Assembly (NCBI RefSeq): GCF_006345805.1
Contig: NW_021835132.1
Span: forward strand, 1-50,486
Source: Octopus sinensis
Taxonomy: Eukaryota
DNA length: 50,486 nt
Direction of reading: 5' to 3'
Positions 1 through 12,149 of the stretch are shown one piece after another. The position numbers and the translations under genes are program-made. Each line of letters begins with the position of its first letter. Within the stretch, counting starts at the first letter, position 1. The notes beneath the pieces were generated by a model. That model ran no database searches and was not told where the DNA came from. It saw only the letters and a program-made list of their open reading frames with translations.

Positions 1-256
1 GAACAGCGGTAATGATGGTGATGGCGTGTTTTCAGAGGTTCTGAAATTTGATTGCTTGTGATAGAGCAGGTGTTGCTGGTTTTGTTGTTTTTAGCTTGAA
101 TTCTATTGTTGTTGTTGTTGTTGTTGTTATTGTTGCACTTGTGTCAGATTAATGTTGCTATTGTTTTAATTGTTTCCGTTTGACATGTCGCTCTTATTAT
201 TCAGTTCTTACTTCCACCTGTTGTGGAGGTGGCGCTGGCGGTATTACTTACTGAAA

Positions 257-671
257 GGCAGGGAGCTGGCAGAAACATTAGCACGCCGGGCGAAATGCTT
301 GGCGGTATTTCGTCTGCCGCTACGTTCTGAGTTCAAATTCCGCCGAGGTCGACTTAGCCTTTCATCCTTTCGGGGTCGATTAAATATGTACCAGTTTCGC
401 ACTGGGGTCGATGTAATCGACTTAATCCGTTTGTCTGTCCTTGTTTGTCCCCTCTGTGTTTAGCCCCTTGTGGGTAGTAAAGAAATAGGTATTTCGTCTG
501 CCGCTACGTTCTGTGTTCAAATTCCGCCGAGGTCGACTTTGCCTTTCATCCTTTCGGGGTCGATTAAATAAGTACCAGTTGCGCACTGATGTCGATGTAA
601 TCGACGTAATCCGTTTGTCTGTCCTTGTTTGTCCCCTCTGTGTTTAGCTCCTTATCGGTAGTAAAGAAATA
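257..671 (+). mobile_element. tRNA-head SINE family A, one head plus two ~184-bp body units, TSD-flanked
   Basis: A-box-like TGGCAGAAAC, B-box-like GAGTTCAAATTCC, body GGTCGAC..GCCTTTCATCCTTTCGGGGTCGAT and tail GTAAAGAAATA twice. TSD GGTATTACT(T/G)ACTGAA at 240-255 and 672-687. Confidence 0.9.
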
Positions 672-1074
672 GGTATTACTGACTGAACTTTAGACGGGGA
701 ATTCTCTGATCACGGAAAATAAAAGGGCGATGACAAGAGATGGCAAGACGAAACTTGCTCTCAAATTTACTTCCAGCTTCCCGTTGTTTGGTTAACTCGA
801 CATCATTTAAAATTAATATTCTGTTTTTCAAAACTATATTTTGAAAATATTTTGTTTCCAATTTCAGACACAATGGACATTAAAAGGCGAAAACCAATAA
901 TTCCTGATAGATCGGGATTAGTTTTACAGCAAATAGAACAATGAATGTTTCCACAAAACCATTCATTAAAAGAGTAAACAAACATTTATTGTTGAAGGTA
1001 TGGATAAGAAAACCATCCATAACTAACAGAGCTTACCAGATCAAAACAACTTATATTTGTAACAATAACTACGT

Positions 1075-1079
1075 ATATA

Positions 1080-1141
<62 letters not shown>

Positions 1142-1204
1142 TATATACCCAAATACACAGATATATACACATATGTACACTACATATATCATAACCACAC
1201 ACAC

Positions 1205-1236
<32 letters not shown>

Positions 1237-1952
1237 GTAGAAATATGTTACGAAAAGAAAATATAAAATACACGTGGAAATATATATATATATATCTTAT
1301 AAATGTATGCACACATATACACACACACATATATATACACTCACAAACACTCACACAGTTGCACATACATATGCATATACAGTATGTCTTCATAGTGAGG
1401 AAGCAGTATACCAGATAATTGTAATGCGAGTTCCAAACATGACACAACAGACGAACGGATATTATAATATATAGTACTGAAAGATTTGCTCAGTCTTCTA
1501 TTAACAATTACTTAATAAAACGACAGATACTCTTGTGATGGAGTGCAAATAGAAAATGGCGGCTTTGAGAAGTACGTGTGTTAGGTAGATATATATATAG
1601 CTATTGTAACAAAGATAGGAAATTTTACACATACATACTTACACGCGCGCACAGACATATATAAGAGAACGAATATAACTACATAAATATATGCATATGT
1701 ACATGTATATATGTATGTATGTATGTATGAATGTATGTATGTATGTATGTATGTATGTATGTATGTATGTATGTATGTATGTATGTGGTGTGTGTGTATG
1801 TATGTATGTATGTATGTATGTATGTATGTATATATATATATATGAATACAGATATATACATGTGAATATATGTAAATATATATATATATGAATACAAATA
1901 TGTACAAATATATATATGAATACAAATATATGTGAATATATGTATATATGTA

Positions 1953-2019
<67 letters not shown>

Positions 2020-2225
2020 ATATATATATATATTATATATATATATATATATATATGCGTCTGTGTGTGTAAATATATAGCTATATATCTATCTATCTAT
2101 CTATGTATAATATATATATGTATGTAAATATATAAATATATATCTGTATACAAACATACACATACAACACACGCACACACACACAAATACACACACACAC
2201 AAATACACACACACACACACACACA

Positions 2226-2255
<30 letters not shown>
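1075..2255. repeat. Compound (TA)n/(CA)n/(TATG)n microsatellite cluster with short unique spacers
   Basis: Directly visible simple repeats; they explain the IYIY/HTHT/MYVC ORFs. Confidence 0.95.
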
Positions 2256-2256
<1 letters not shown>

Positions 2257-2482
2257 TCGCTATATCTTGTACCATGTTTCCCAACAATGACAGCTATAGA
2301 TGTCGGGGTTCCGTTCGTGTTTTTCTGAACAGAATTAAACTGTCAATCTTGACATAAGCCCCAACTGTCACAAGTCGTGGTGATATCGTTTCTTTTCCTG
2401 TTAGTTTCTCTCGATACACGTAATAAGCTCTTCTTCACACAAACACAACGAACCGCTAACACTTTATCTCTACTACCACCAT

Positions 2483-2529
<47 letters not shown>

Positions 2530-2772
2530 TCACTACTAAAACTACTACACTCACACACACACACACACACACAAACAGAGGCACGCACACAGGCACGCAC
2601 ACACACATACGCACATTATGTCACTATTGATCTGCAGTATAGTCGAGATCGTTGCTTCGCAACAACGAGGACTCGCGCTTGCTCTTACTGCATGGTATCT
2701 TGCGCAATTATAATTTTTCATGTCCTCGAGGCGACCGATAACCTGTGCATGAAATAGGGCAATCGGAAACTA

Positions 2773-3337
2773 TTGGGTTGTCCGGAAAGTTCGAGCCGAT
2801 TTTTAAAGGAAAGGAAAAGGTCAATAAATACTTGCCATTACATTTTTAATCAACCAAATATGACCCATTTTGTTGCACAATGCGTCTCCATCTTTCCTTT
2901 AACTTGAAAATACCCTCTTCCCAGAATTGGGGTGGTTTCATGGCAAAGAATTCCTCAAGGTATCTTTTTACGTCATACAAGGAATTGGAATTTTTACCAT
3001 AAAGACTATTCTGCAGAGACCTGAATAAGTGGAAATCCGAAGGAGCAATATCTGGTGAATATGGAGGGTGGGTTAACACATCCCAGCCAGCTGCAGCAAT
3101 TTTTGTCTGGTTCCCAAATCATCAAGTGCCGAAAATGAACTTTCTTATCTTCCATTTTAAAGGGTTACAGAATTAACACAAGTTATAGGAACATAAACCT
3201 TCTTCCACGAAAAGATAGCTTAAACTGTGTTCTAAATGGAGATGTAGTCAAATCCTATTTTATGGATTCAACTATGTTCTAAAATAAGTCAAAAGGTAAG
3301 CTACTATAAATCGGCACGAACTTTCCAGACAACCCAA
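2773..3337 (-). mobile_element. Internally deleted mariner element (565 bp) with intact TIRs and TA TSD
   Basis: TIRs TTGGGTTGTC(C/T)GGAAAGTTCG(A/T)GCCGATTT, 28/30 match; TA at 2771-72 and 3338-39. ATG at 3155 (MEDKKVHFRHLM) is joined to the C-terminal HPPYSPDIAPSDFHLFRSLQNSL motif. Confidence 0.95.
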
Positions 3338-3659
3338 TACATACAAAACTGCTGGTTAGAGTGTTCTTGTAATTCACCCTTATTACATTTTGCAAGTTAC
3401 ACCCTTACCAAACACGGTATTTTCTTAGAACAAAGTCGAGCGGTTTACTCAGCTATTTAATCTTAATTTCAATTGATCGAACTACTAAATCATCATTACC
3501 AGACGACGGAGATTTACCACTGTGCATGAACACTGATGTACACGCATGCATATAAAAAAGAAAGAAAAGAAAATAATGCAATTCCGATAACGGACAGAGT
3601 CAACGAGTATTGAAAAGGTTGCAAGTCGCAGCGAAAATTTTCGTAATAATAAATAAGTA

Positions 3660-3770
3660 AATGGAGTTCTGTCTTTAAGAGTTGAGGAATTATGTACATT
3701 ATTTACATTTGACGGATATTTGTCCTCGTCTTGAGGACAAATACCCGTCGAATGTAAATAATGTAAATAA
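3660..3770. mobile_element. Fold-back (inverted plus direct) copy of the 3' end of repeat family F
   Basis: 3665-3732 is the reverse complement of 41366-41434, immediately followed by a direct GAGGACAAATACCCGTCGAATGTAAATAA, giving a ~30-bp-arm hairpin. Confidence 0.75.
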
Positions 3771-4148
3771 GTAAATAATTGGAAATCGGTGAGTGTGGTA
3801 AATTACTAAGGCACTAAAAGAGAATGACTCTCCCCAGATACAATAAAATATACTTCAACACACGAATTCACATAAAGACTCCTGCAAACCAAATACAAAA
3901 GCGAAATTTGTCTAATGAAGCTTTTATATAATACATTAGGGTAAGATCTATGAGGGTGATTTCGCTGGTATTTCTCAAGATGTAGCGAGCTTTTGCTACG
4001 GTGTTAGTGTCAGAGCAGGCATCAATTCCCGAATACGAAGTTGATACATGATAGCGACAGTAATGGTCAACGGCAACGGGAAATAGTGTCTATATTTTGA
4101 GATGTATTCGGGTTTTTGGAACGAAGTTTAAGTTTTTTTGTGGTCATA

Positions 4149-4268
4149 CTCTCTTTACTCTTTTATTTGTTTCAGTCACTTGACTGCGGCAGGTGTTTTC
4201 TTCTATAGCCTAGGGCCAAAGCCCTGTGTGAGTGGATTTGGTAGACGGAAACCAAAAACGCCGTCGTG

Positions 4269-4321
<53 letters not shown>

Positions 4322-4550
4322 TGTGTGTGTGTGTGTACCTTTGTATCTATCTTTGTCCTCCACCACCGCTTGTCACCCCGTGCTGGTGCTTTTATGTCCT
4401 TATAACTTAGCAGTTCGACAATTGTCCCGACAGAATAAGTAACAAGCTTTAAAAAATAAGTACAGGGGTCGATTTATTTGACTAAAAAATTCGTCAAGGT
4501 GGTGCCCCAGCATGGCCGTAGTCTCATGACTGAAACAAGTACAAGATAAA
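4149..4550 (+). mobile_element. SINE family B, 5'-truncated, preceded by an inverted copy of its own tail
   Basis: 4191-4550 matches the family B body/tail with an internal (TA)n(TG)n; 4149-4190 is the reverse-strand tail CTCTTTTATTTGTTTCAGTCACTTGACTGCGGC. Confidence 0.8.
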
Positions 4551-5019
4551 CATCATTAATCTTCCTTTTCTCATTAATGTCTACCTTTCTTGTTTTTCTT
4601 CTCTATTTTAATTTCCTCCATCTTTCGTTAATTTTCTTGACGTCTGATCCTTCTCTCGTTCTCGTTTGAATTCTTCTTTCTAAGTTCCCTCTTAAACGGC
4701 AATTCTTCTCTTTCTTCTGCTACTCCTAAGCCTCTCTCTATTCTATTTGTTTTATTTCACGTATTCGATATAAACAACATTCTACTTATTTCATTATCGT
4801 TTGGATATCGTAAACGAGAGACTAAGAAGGAAGATTTGTGAAGCTTGTGATTCCCGTGAAATATAGCCATACTTGAGGTAATGAGTCCTTCACTTTTTCA
4901 CCAACTTGTATGGATATTAGTGTTTATATTAACTTACATACATATATGCACACATGCATGCACGTATATATGAACACACACATATATATATACATGTTTA
5001 CATACGTACGTACATGAAC

Positions 5020-5065
<46 letters not shown>

Positions 5066-5066
5066 T

Positions 5067-5128
<62 letters not shown>

Positions 5129-5159
5129 TATATTTGGTGGTTTTCTACTCCTTATGCAG

Positions 5160-5700
5160 GGCTTGACCACCTCCTGTACCTATAACTTAGAACCATCATG
5201 GCATCTGATATGGCTTTTTAAAACAAAGTTTTGAAAAGACACACACATCGTTAGCATATCCGATTTCTTTTGTCAGTTCTCGATTGGTTTTACGTGTATC
5301 TCTCCCAATTACGATCTGTAGTTGACCATCCTCGATGAGAGATGGGCATCCACTACGCTTACGATCATGAAGGCTCAGGTCTCCACTACAAAATCGTTTA
5401 AACTATTTTCGAGCTGACCACTCTCTGCTCATTTCCTCACCAAACGTTTCGTTGATATCGCGAGCAGTTTCAATAGCAAAATTGCTCGAATATCGCGCTT
5501 CGACAATTTCATTTTAGATGATTGTAACAACTGTGAAAAATAAAAAATCAATTTATTGATGCATTTGGGAAAGTCTATGACTATATTATCAGACAATTGC
5601 AAAAAAAAATGTTTTAAAAGATTCAAAACTCTGCAAAAATCCGGTATAAATTCTTCATGGTTCAAAACGTTGTTTACTTTTTATTCAACTTGACATGTAT
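5160..5700 (-). pseudogene. Mariner transposase 5' remnant (HTH region)
   Basis: Minus-strand MKLSKRDIRAILL from 5512, then frameshifted FKRFCSGDLSLHDRKRSGCPS, which matches the mariner WF.RF..GD.SL.D..RSGRP motif. Ends are uncertain. Confidence 0.75.
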
Positions 5701-5713
5701 GTATGCTTGTATG

Positions 5714-5747
<34 letters not shown>

Positions 5748-5805
5748 TGTATGTATGTATGTATATATATATTCATGTATATGTAAACATACATATATGT
5801 ATGTG

Positions 5806-5853
<48 letters not shown>

Positions 5854-5863
5854 TATAACATAT

Positions 5864-6072
5864 TTGACCACGTGTCTATCGTTAGAGATTTTCTTTCTCC
5901 GTCTTCCCTTCCTTGGACCTTTCTTTTTTCTATGTTTCTGATGAAGAGCTCCGCTCGAAACGTTAAACCCTCCTTCTTTCTTTCCTTTCCTGAGCGTTCA
6001 ATAACACTATACTTGCTCCACGTCCTCGCGTTGTTGTGTTTTCTCTTTGTGTTTTCATGTTTGGATTAACTA
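5864..6072 (+). mobile_element. Repeat family E (~210 bp), hammerhead-bearing non-autonomous element in a (TA)n array
   Basis: Homologous copies at 6528-6736, 33334-33497(-) and 35874-36083, with shared ends and TA-rich flanks. Confidence 0.85.
5934..5968 (+). ncRNA. Minimal type I hammerhead ribozyme motif; predicted cleavage after 5964
   Basis: GTTT-CTGATGA-A-GAGC(TCC)GCTC-GAAA-C-GTT-AAAC: full core, stem I GUUU/AAAC, stem II GAGC/GCUC, loopless palindromic stem III ACGU. Activity is untested. Confidence 0.75.
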
Positions 6073-6203
6073 TGTATATGTATATATATACATACCATGT
6101 ATCCTATTTACATTCATACACATATTGCTCCCCATCTATGTATGTATGTATGTATGTATGTATGATGTATGTATGTATGTATGTATGTATGTATGTATGT
6201 ATG

Positions 6204-6249
<46 letters not shown>

Positions 6250-6485
6250 ACAAGCAGTATATCTATCTATTTATATATTTATATATTTGTGTGCGTGCAT
6301 GGATTGTAAATGAATTCATTATAAGTCTATCTGCATGCGTGTAATTAAATTCACAAAATTAACAAATTTGAAACACACTCACTCACACACACATGTATAT
6401 ATATAAGATGATGAATGTATATCTAATATGCATGTATCTATGTATTTGTATATAGAAATGTGTAGATGTATATGTACGTATATAA

Positions 6486-6527
<42 letters not shown>

Positions 6528-6736
6528 TTGACCACGTGTCTATCGTTAGAGATTTTCTTTCTCCGTCTTCCCTTCCTTGGACCTTTCTTTTTTCTATGTT
6601 TCTGATGAAGAGCTCCGCTCGAAACGTTAAACCCTCCTTCTTTCTTTCCTTTCCTGAGCGTTCAATAACACTATACTTGCTCCACGTCCTCGCGTTGTTG
6701 TGTTTTCTCTTTGTGTTTTCATGTTTGGATTAACTA
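6528..6736 (+). mobile_element. Repeat family E, second tandem copy
   Basis: Appears identical to 5864-6072, offset 664 bp. Confidence 0.85.
6598..6632 (+). ncRNA. Minimal type I hammerhead ribozyme motif; predicted cleavage after 6628
   Basis: Same motif as 5934-5968. Confidence 0.75.
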
Positions 6737-6872
6737 TGTATATGTATATATATACATACCATGTATCCTATTTACATTCATACACATATTGCTCCCCATC
6801 TATGTATGTATGTATGTATGTATGTATGTATGTATGTATGTATGTATGTATGTATGTATGTATGTATGTATG

Positions 6873-6922
<50 letters not shown>

Positions 6923-8076
6923 ACAAGCAGTATATCTATCTATTTATATATTTATATATTTGTGTGCGTGCATGGATTGTAAATGAATTCATTATAAGTC
7001 TATCTGCATGCGTGTAATTAAATTCACAAAATTAACAAATTTGAAACACACTCACTCACACACACATGTATATATATAAGATGATGAATGTATATCTAAT
7101 ATGCATGTATCTATGTATTTGTATATAGAAATGTGTAGATGTATATGTACGTATATAAATGTGTATATATATATATATATATATACATTCGTATCTATGT
7201 GTTCAAATAGACACACACACATACTTGCACACAAAGATACGTACATAGAAACACAGCCAAGCAGAGTAATGGATATAGTAGCGGTCGGTTGCAATTATCT
7301 AACGTTGAGTTTGCTAATGCAAGTAAAACAAATTAAATACTGCAGTGATAAACACTCCATAGTCAACAACGAACAACAATAGCAATAAAAACAACAACAG
7401 CAACAGAATATTTAACAATCTTAGTATTGTTAAAAGTGAACTTTGTGAGGAATTTTAATCAAAACTTTTTAACCGAACAGACAGATTGAGGCCAGAGCGT
7501 GTCGCAAATTGAATAACTAACAAGACGAGTGAAGTGAGAGAGAGACAGAGATAGAGGGAGAGACATGAAGAGAAAGAAGAGCGTGGGTGAGAGAGAAAAA
7601 CACAGTGAAACGGAGAGAGAGAGGGAGGGAAAGAGGGAAGGAGAGAGAGAGAGAAATCCTGATAAGGAAAGATTGAACGATTAACTTGTCTTGATGGCTG
7701 CCGGTTCTTTGCTTAGCTGAATCAATGAATGAGTGAAAATCACTAAACCAACCAACCAACCAACCAACCAACCAACCTACAAACAAATAAATGGAATTAT
7801 TATCAAATAACAATGACGGGATTAAAATGATATTGTTTTGTAACGTTAATTATATTTCTACGTTTTTATTATCGATTTTGAAAAAAAAAAAATTTTTTTT
7901 TGTTTTTTTTTTTTGAAACCAAAAACTGTTAATTAAATTTTATCATACCCATCAGTGACTTTTGATATCGTTGTTGCTGTTATTAAGCCCAGTAATGATT
8001 ATTCTGAACTCTCATCAAAGGTGGTTTTAGCCATAACCATCATGTCTTTTATACAGACAACGTATCTAAGACTACC

Positions 8077-8675
8077 TATTTCTTTACTACCCACAGGGGG
8101 CTAAACACAGAGGGGACAAACAAGGACAAACAAACGGATTAAGTCGATTAAATCGACCCCAGTTCGTAACTGGTACTTAATTTATCAACCCCGAAAGGAT
8201 TAAAGGCAAAGTCGACCTCTGCGGAATATGAATTCAGAACGTAGCGGCAGACGAAATACCTATTTCTTTACTACCCACGGGGGGCTAAACACAGAGGGGA
8301 CAAACAGGGACAAACAAACGGATTAAGTCAATTAAATCGACCCCAGTTCGTAACTGGTACTTAATTTATCGACCCCGAAAGGATGAAAGGTAAAGTCGAC
8401 CTCGGCGGAATTTGAACCCAGAACGTAACGGCAGACGATATACCTATTTCTTTACTACCCACAAGGAGCTAAACACAGAGAGGACAAACAAGGACAGACA
8501 AACGGATTAAGTCGATTAAATCGACCCCAGTTCGTAACTGGTACTTAATTTATCGACCCCGAAAGGATGAAAGGCAAAGTCGACCTCGGCGGAATTTGAA
8601 CTCAGAACGCAGCGGCAGACGAAATACGGCTACGCATTTCACCCGGCGTGCTAACGATTCTGCCAGCTCGCAGCC
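8077..8675 (-). mobile_element. SINE family A, one head plus three ~184-bp units
   Basis: Tails (TATTTCTTTACTACCCAC) at 8077, 8261 and 8445; head at ~8620-8675. Confidence 0.9.
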
Positions 8676-9171
8676 TACCTTTATCTTGTAAAAACTGTAC
8701 TGTATGATTTTAGTCCTGAGCAATACCTTAAAACTGTATTCGGCGGTGAGGTTCCAGCTCGGGTTCTCAGGGAATTTTGGTGAGTTATAGATTAACTCTA
8801 TGGTCACCGATACTCCCAGGCTCGCTCTAATCTGGGATGTCCATATTTTTCTTGTGTCTTAGGTATGGGTCAAATGGCAGAATACGTCCTTATGGCTAGA
8901 GCATGCAAGATTAGGAGTCAGGTTGGCTCATCAGCGTATGAATATGTTCTAATGTGATAAGAACCAGTTCTTCAGCTTAAAGAGTAAACGGGTTATGTTA
9001 GCTCAAGAATAAGCTCAGAAGAGAAGGAGATTAGTATAATATTCTGTAAATATATCGACAGAAGGCAATAGGAAACCAATGATGAATCTTTCTCAAGTAA
9101 AAAAGACATGACTCTTCAAATTTTGGTATAAATGTCTATATATCTATAAGCTAGGAATGCGAAGAAAGCGC

Positions 9172-9239
<68 letters not shown>

Positions 9240-9542
9240 AAGAGAGAGAGACAGAGACAGAGACAGAGACAGAGAGAGAGAGACAGAGAGCATAATTTAA
9301 AGGAATGACTTTATGGAAGAATCATGGGCATATTGTGGCCCGCAAGTTTTTCTGAATGGCCGGTCAACGAAATATTATCTTGAACCTTTTAATAGGGCGG
9401 CCCACCAGATGCCGAGAGCGAGAATGATAGGGAGATCTATTGTTTATGGTTTCCTTTCATTATAACTTTATTTCAGCTGTCTTAGTACCGGGCATCCTCC
9501 GAAGGCCGAGAGTAGCAAGGGCACTTTCGTTTTGCTATGCAT

Positions 9543-9932
9543 CTCTTTTACTCTTTAACTTGTTTCAGTCATTTGACTGCGGCCATGCTGGAGCACCGCC
9601 TTTAGTCGAGCAAATCGACCTCAGGACTTATTCTTTGTAAGCCTAGTACTTATTCTATCGGTCTCTTTTGCCGAACCGCTAAGTGACGGGAACGTTAACA
9701 CACCAGCATCGGTTGTCAAGCAATGTTAGGGGGACAAACACACACACACACGCATACATATATATATACATATATACGACGGGCTTCTTTCAGTTTCCGT
9801 TTACCAAATCCACTCACAAGGCTTTGGTCAACCCGAGGCTATAGTAGAAGACATTTGCCCAAGATGGCACGCAGTGGGACTGAACCCGGAACCATGTGGC
9901 TGGTAAGCAAGCTACTTACTACACAACCACTC
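9543..9932 (-). mobile_element. tRNA-head SINE family B, near full length
   Basis: Head with GGGTTCAGTCCC B-box, CORE-like (C)TTGGGCAA(A/G)TGTCTTCT, internal microsatellite, AAAAGAG tail. Confidence 0.9.
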
Positions 9933-9998
9933 TACATTTATTCCATTTTAGATGGATAGTACTTATTATTATTATCATTATTATTGTTGTTGTTGCTT

Positions 9999-10030
<32 letters not shown>

Positions 10031-10039
10031 ATTATTCGT

Positions 10040-10645
10040 GCGGCGAGCTGGCAGAAACGTTAGCACACCGGGCGAAATGCGTAGCCGTATTTTGTCTGCC
10101 GTTACGTTCGGAGTTCAAATTCCGCCGAGGTCGACTTTGCCTTTCATCCTTTCGGGGTCGATTAAATAAGTACCAGTTACGCACTGGAGTCGATGTAATC
10201 GACTTAATCCATTTGTCTGTCCTTGTTTGTCCTCTCTGTGTTTAGCCCCTTTGTCGATAGTAAAGAAATAGGTATTTCGTCTGTTTTTACGTTCTGAGTT
10301 CAAATTCCGCCGAGGTCGACTTTGCCTTTCATCCTTTCGGGGTCGATTAAATAAGTACTAGTTACGCACTGGGGTCGATATAATCGATTTAATCCATTTG
10401 TCTTTCCTAGTTTGTCTCCTCTGTGTGTAGCCCCTTGTGGGCAATAAAGAAATAAGAATCGTTAGCAGGTTGTACAAAACGCTTAGCGCCGTTTTTTCCG
10501 TCTTTTAACTCTGTAGTCAAATTTTCACCGAAATCTATTTTGCCTTTCATTCTTTCGGAGTTGATTAAATAAAGTCCCCGTCAAATTCTGTGGTTAACTC
10601 CTTCCTCTACAATTGCTGTGCATGAGCCAAAATTTGAAACAATTA
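10040..10645 (+). mobile_element. SINE family A dimer joined to an older diverged family A copy with the alternative tail
   Basis: Tails at ~10270 and ~10454, then AGAATCGTTAGC and a diverged body ending CCAAAATTTGAAAC. Confidence 0.8.
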
Positions 10646-11224
10646 TTACGATTGGTTAAATTAGCGGATTGACACTTTGAGTTCACAAACCCATTATAAA
10701 ATGGCTTGACAATTCATCCTTCAGTGTTACTCGAACTACATGTCTAACATGGAAAGAAGACCACACAATATGGAAAGAAGGGGTGTAATCCCAGGACTAC
10801 AGAATATTTTGTATTTGTAAGCTGCATTGAATTAAATGTAATCTAATAAATCCTTACTAAAGAATATTTTATCAAATATAACAGAAAAATGTAATGAAAT
10901 TGATTGTGGAAATCAAATTATGAATATTAAATTAAGAAATAAAAATTTAAGGAACTGACCTTTCAATGACGTTATTTTTAAATATTTAAGATCATTGGAT
11001 TAAATGTAATACTATGTAATTAAAGAAAATATGCCCAATCTTGATTTGTTTCAGAAGGCAGCACTTAAGTACCTCAAGCGCAGCAGGAACCTTAGCACCT
11101 GGTTTAAATTCTCTCCTCTACTTGTCTGGTTAAACGTTAACTCCAGTCAAATATGATGTGTGCTTCGTTTGTTCACTCCCTCATGCGTACATACGCACAC
11201 ATACATATATACGTACATACATGC

Positions 11225-11426
11225 TATCTATCTATCCGCTCAGTCGAAGTCAACTCTCGGTTACTCGATGGATCAGTGTCCTCCAGTCAGTTCTATCCTG
11301 GGCCGCTTCTTTCAGATTGGCTATGTCCATTGCGGTATCACTCTTGATGGTGTCAAGCCAGCGGGTTCTTGGTCGGCCTCTTCCTCTCTTGCCACTGACC
11401 ATTCCGAGCATGATGTCCTTCTCCAT
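11225..11426 (-). mobile_element. 3' end of an RTE/BovB-like LINE with (GATA)n tail
   Basis: MEKDIMLGMVSGKRGRGRPRTRWLDTIKSD...AAQDRTDWRTLIHRVTES parallels the BovB ORF C-terminus (EKTLMLGKIEG.RRRGRQRMRWLDGI...DREAWR..VHGV.KS). Confidence 0.85.
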
Positions 11427-11476
11427 GCATACATATATATGTGTGTGTGTGTGTGTTATATACGCATAAACACACA

Positions 11477-11707
11477 GGCGGCGAGCTGGCAGAAACGTTA
11501 GCACGCCGGGCGAAAGGCGTAGCCGTATTTCGTCTGCCGTTACGTTCTGAGTTCAAATTCCGCCGAGGTCGACTTTGCCTTTCATCCTTTCGGGGTCGAT
11601 AAATTAAGTACCAGTTACGCACTGGGGTCGATGTAATCGACTTAATCCGTTTGTCTGTCCTTGTTTATCCCCTCTATGTTTAGCCCGTTGTAAGTAGTAA
11701 AGAAATA
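11477..11707 (+). mobile_element. SINE family A monomer with ~20-bp TSD
   Basis: TATATACGCATAAACACACA at 11457-11476 and 11708-11727. Confidence 0.92.
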
Positions 11708-12149
11708 TATATACGCATAAACACACACACACACGTACACATATATATTAGTTCAAATTTATAGAAAAGCAAAAGATGAAGACAGGTGTAGGAACAAGAG
11801 GTAAGTGCATTGTAATATCGTTCAATCATAGAATCGGACAAAACGACATTACTTTTGGCTCTTTATATTCGGAGTTCAAATCCCGATGAGATCAACTTTG
11901 CTTTTCATGTCTTCAGCGGTAATAGAATAATGTATGTTTGCATGTCTGCCTATCTCTCTGTCTGTCTCTCTGTATCTCAATCTGTCTATCTCTGTTTATG
12001 TCTCTCTCTCTCCCTCCTTCTAATATAATGGACTCTCCCGTCATTAGACGACGTATGAGGGTTCAACAATTTCTTACCGAACAACCACACAGGTGATTTG
12101 TTTATAGTGGTTAAAAGTTTGTGTAGACATAAGCTCACTCCCTCCATCA

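Larger units (their letters stand above)
5858..7190. repeat. Tandem duplication, unit ~664 bp, breakpoints in (TA)n arrays
   Basis: Unique segments are repeated apparently unchanged; only microsatellite lengths differ. Confidence 0.9.

Noticed and set aside
170-463. Recurrent ORFs such as ELAETLARRAKC.. and SGTEPGTMWLVSKLL..
   Set aside because: Chance frames through SINE A and B consensus sequences, repeated at every copy with indels.
8077-8675. Regularly spaced repeats resembling a CRISPR array
   Set aside because: The units are whole 184-bp SINE bodies with no unique spacers, and there are no cas genes.
8690-9000. Possible LINE coding fragment (PSWNLTAEYSFK)
   Set aside because: Too short and non-specific to assign without a search.
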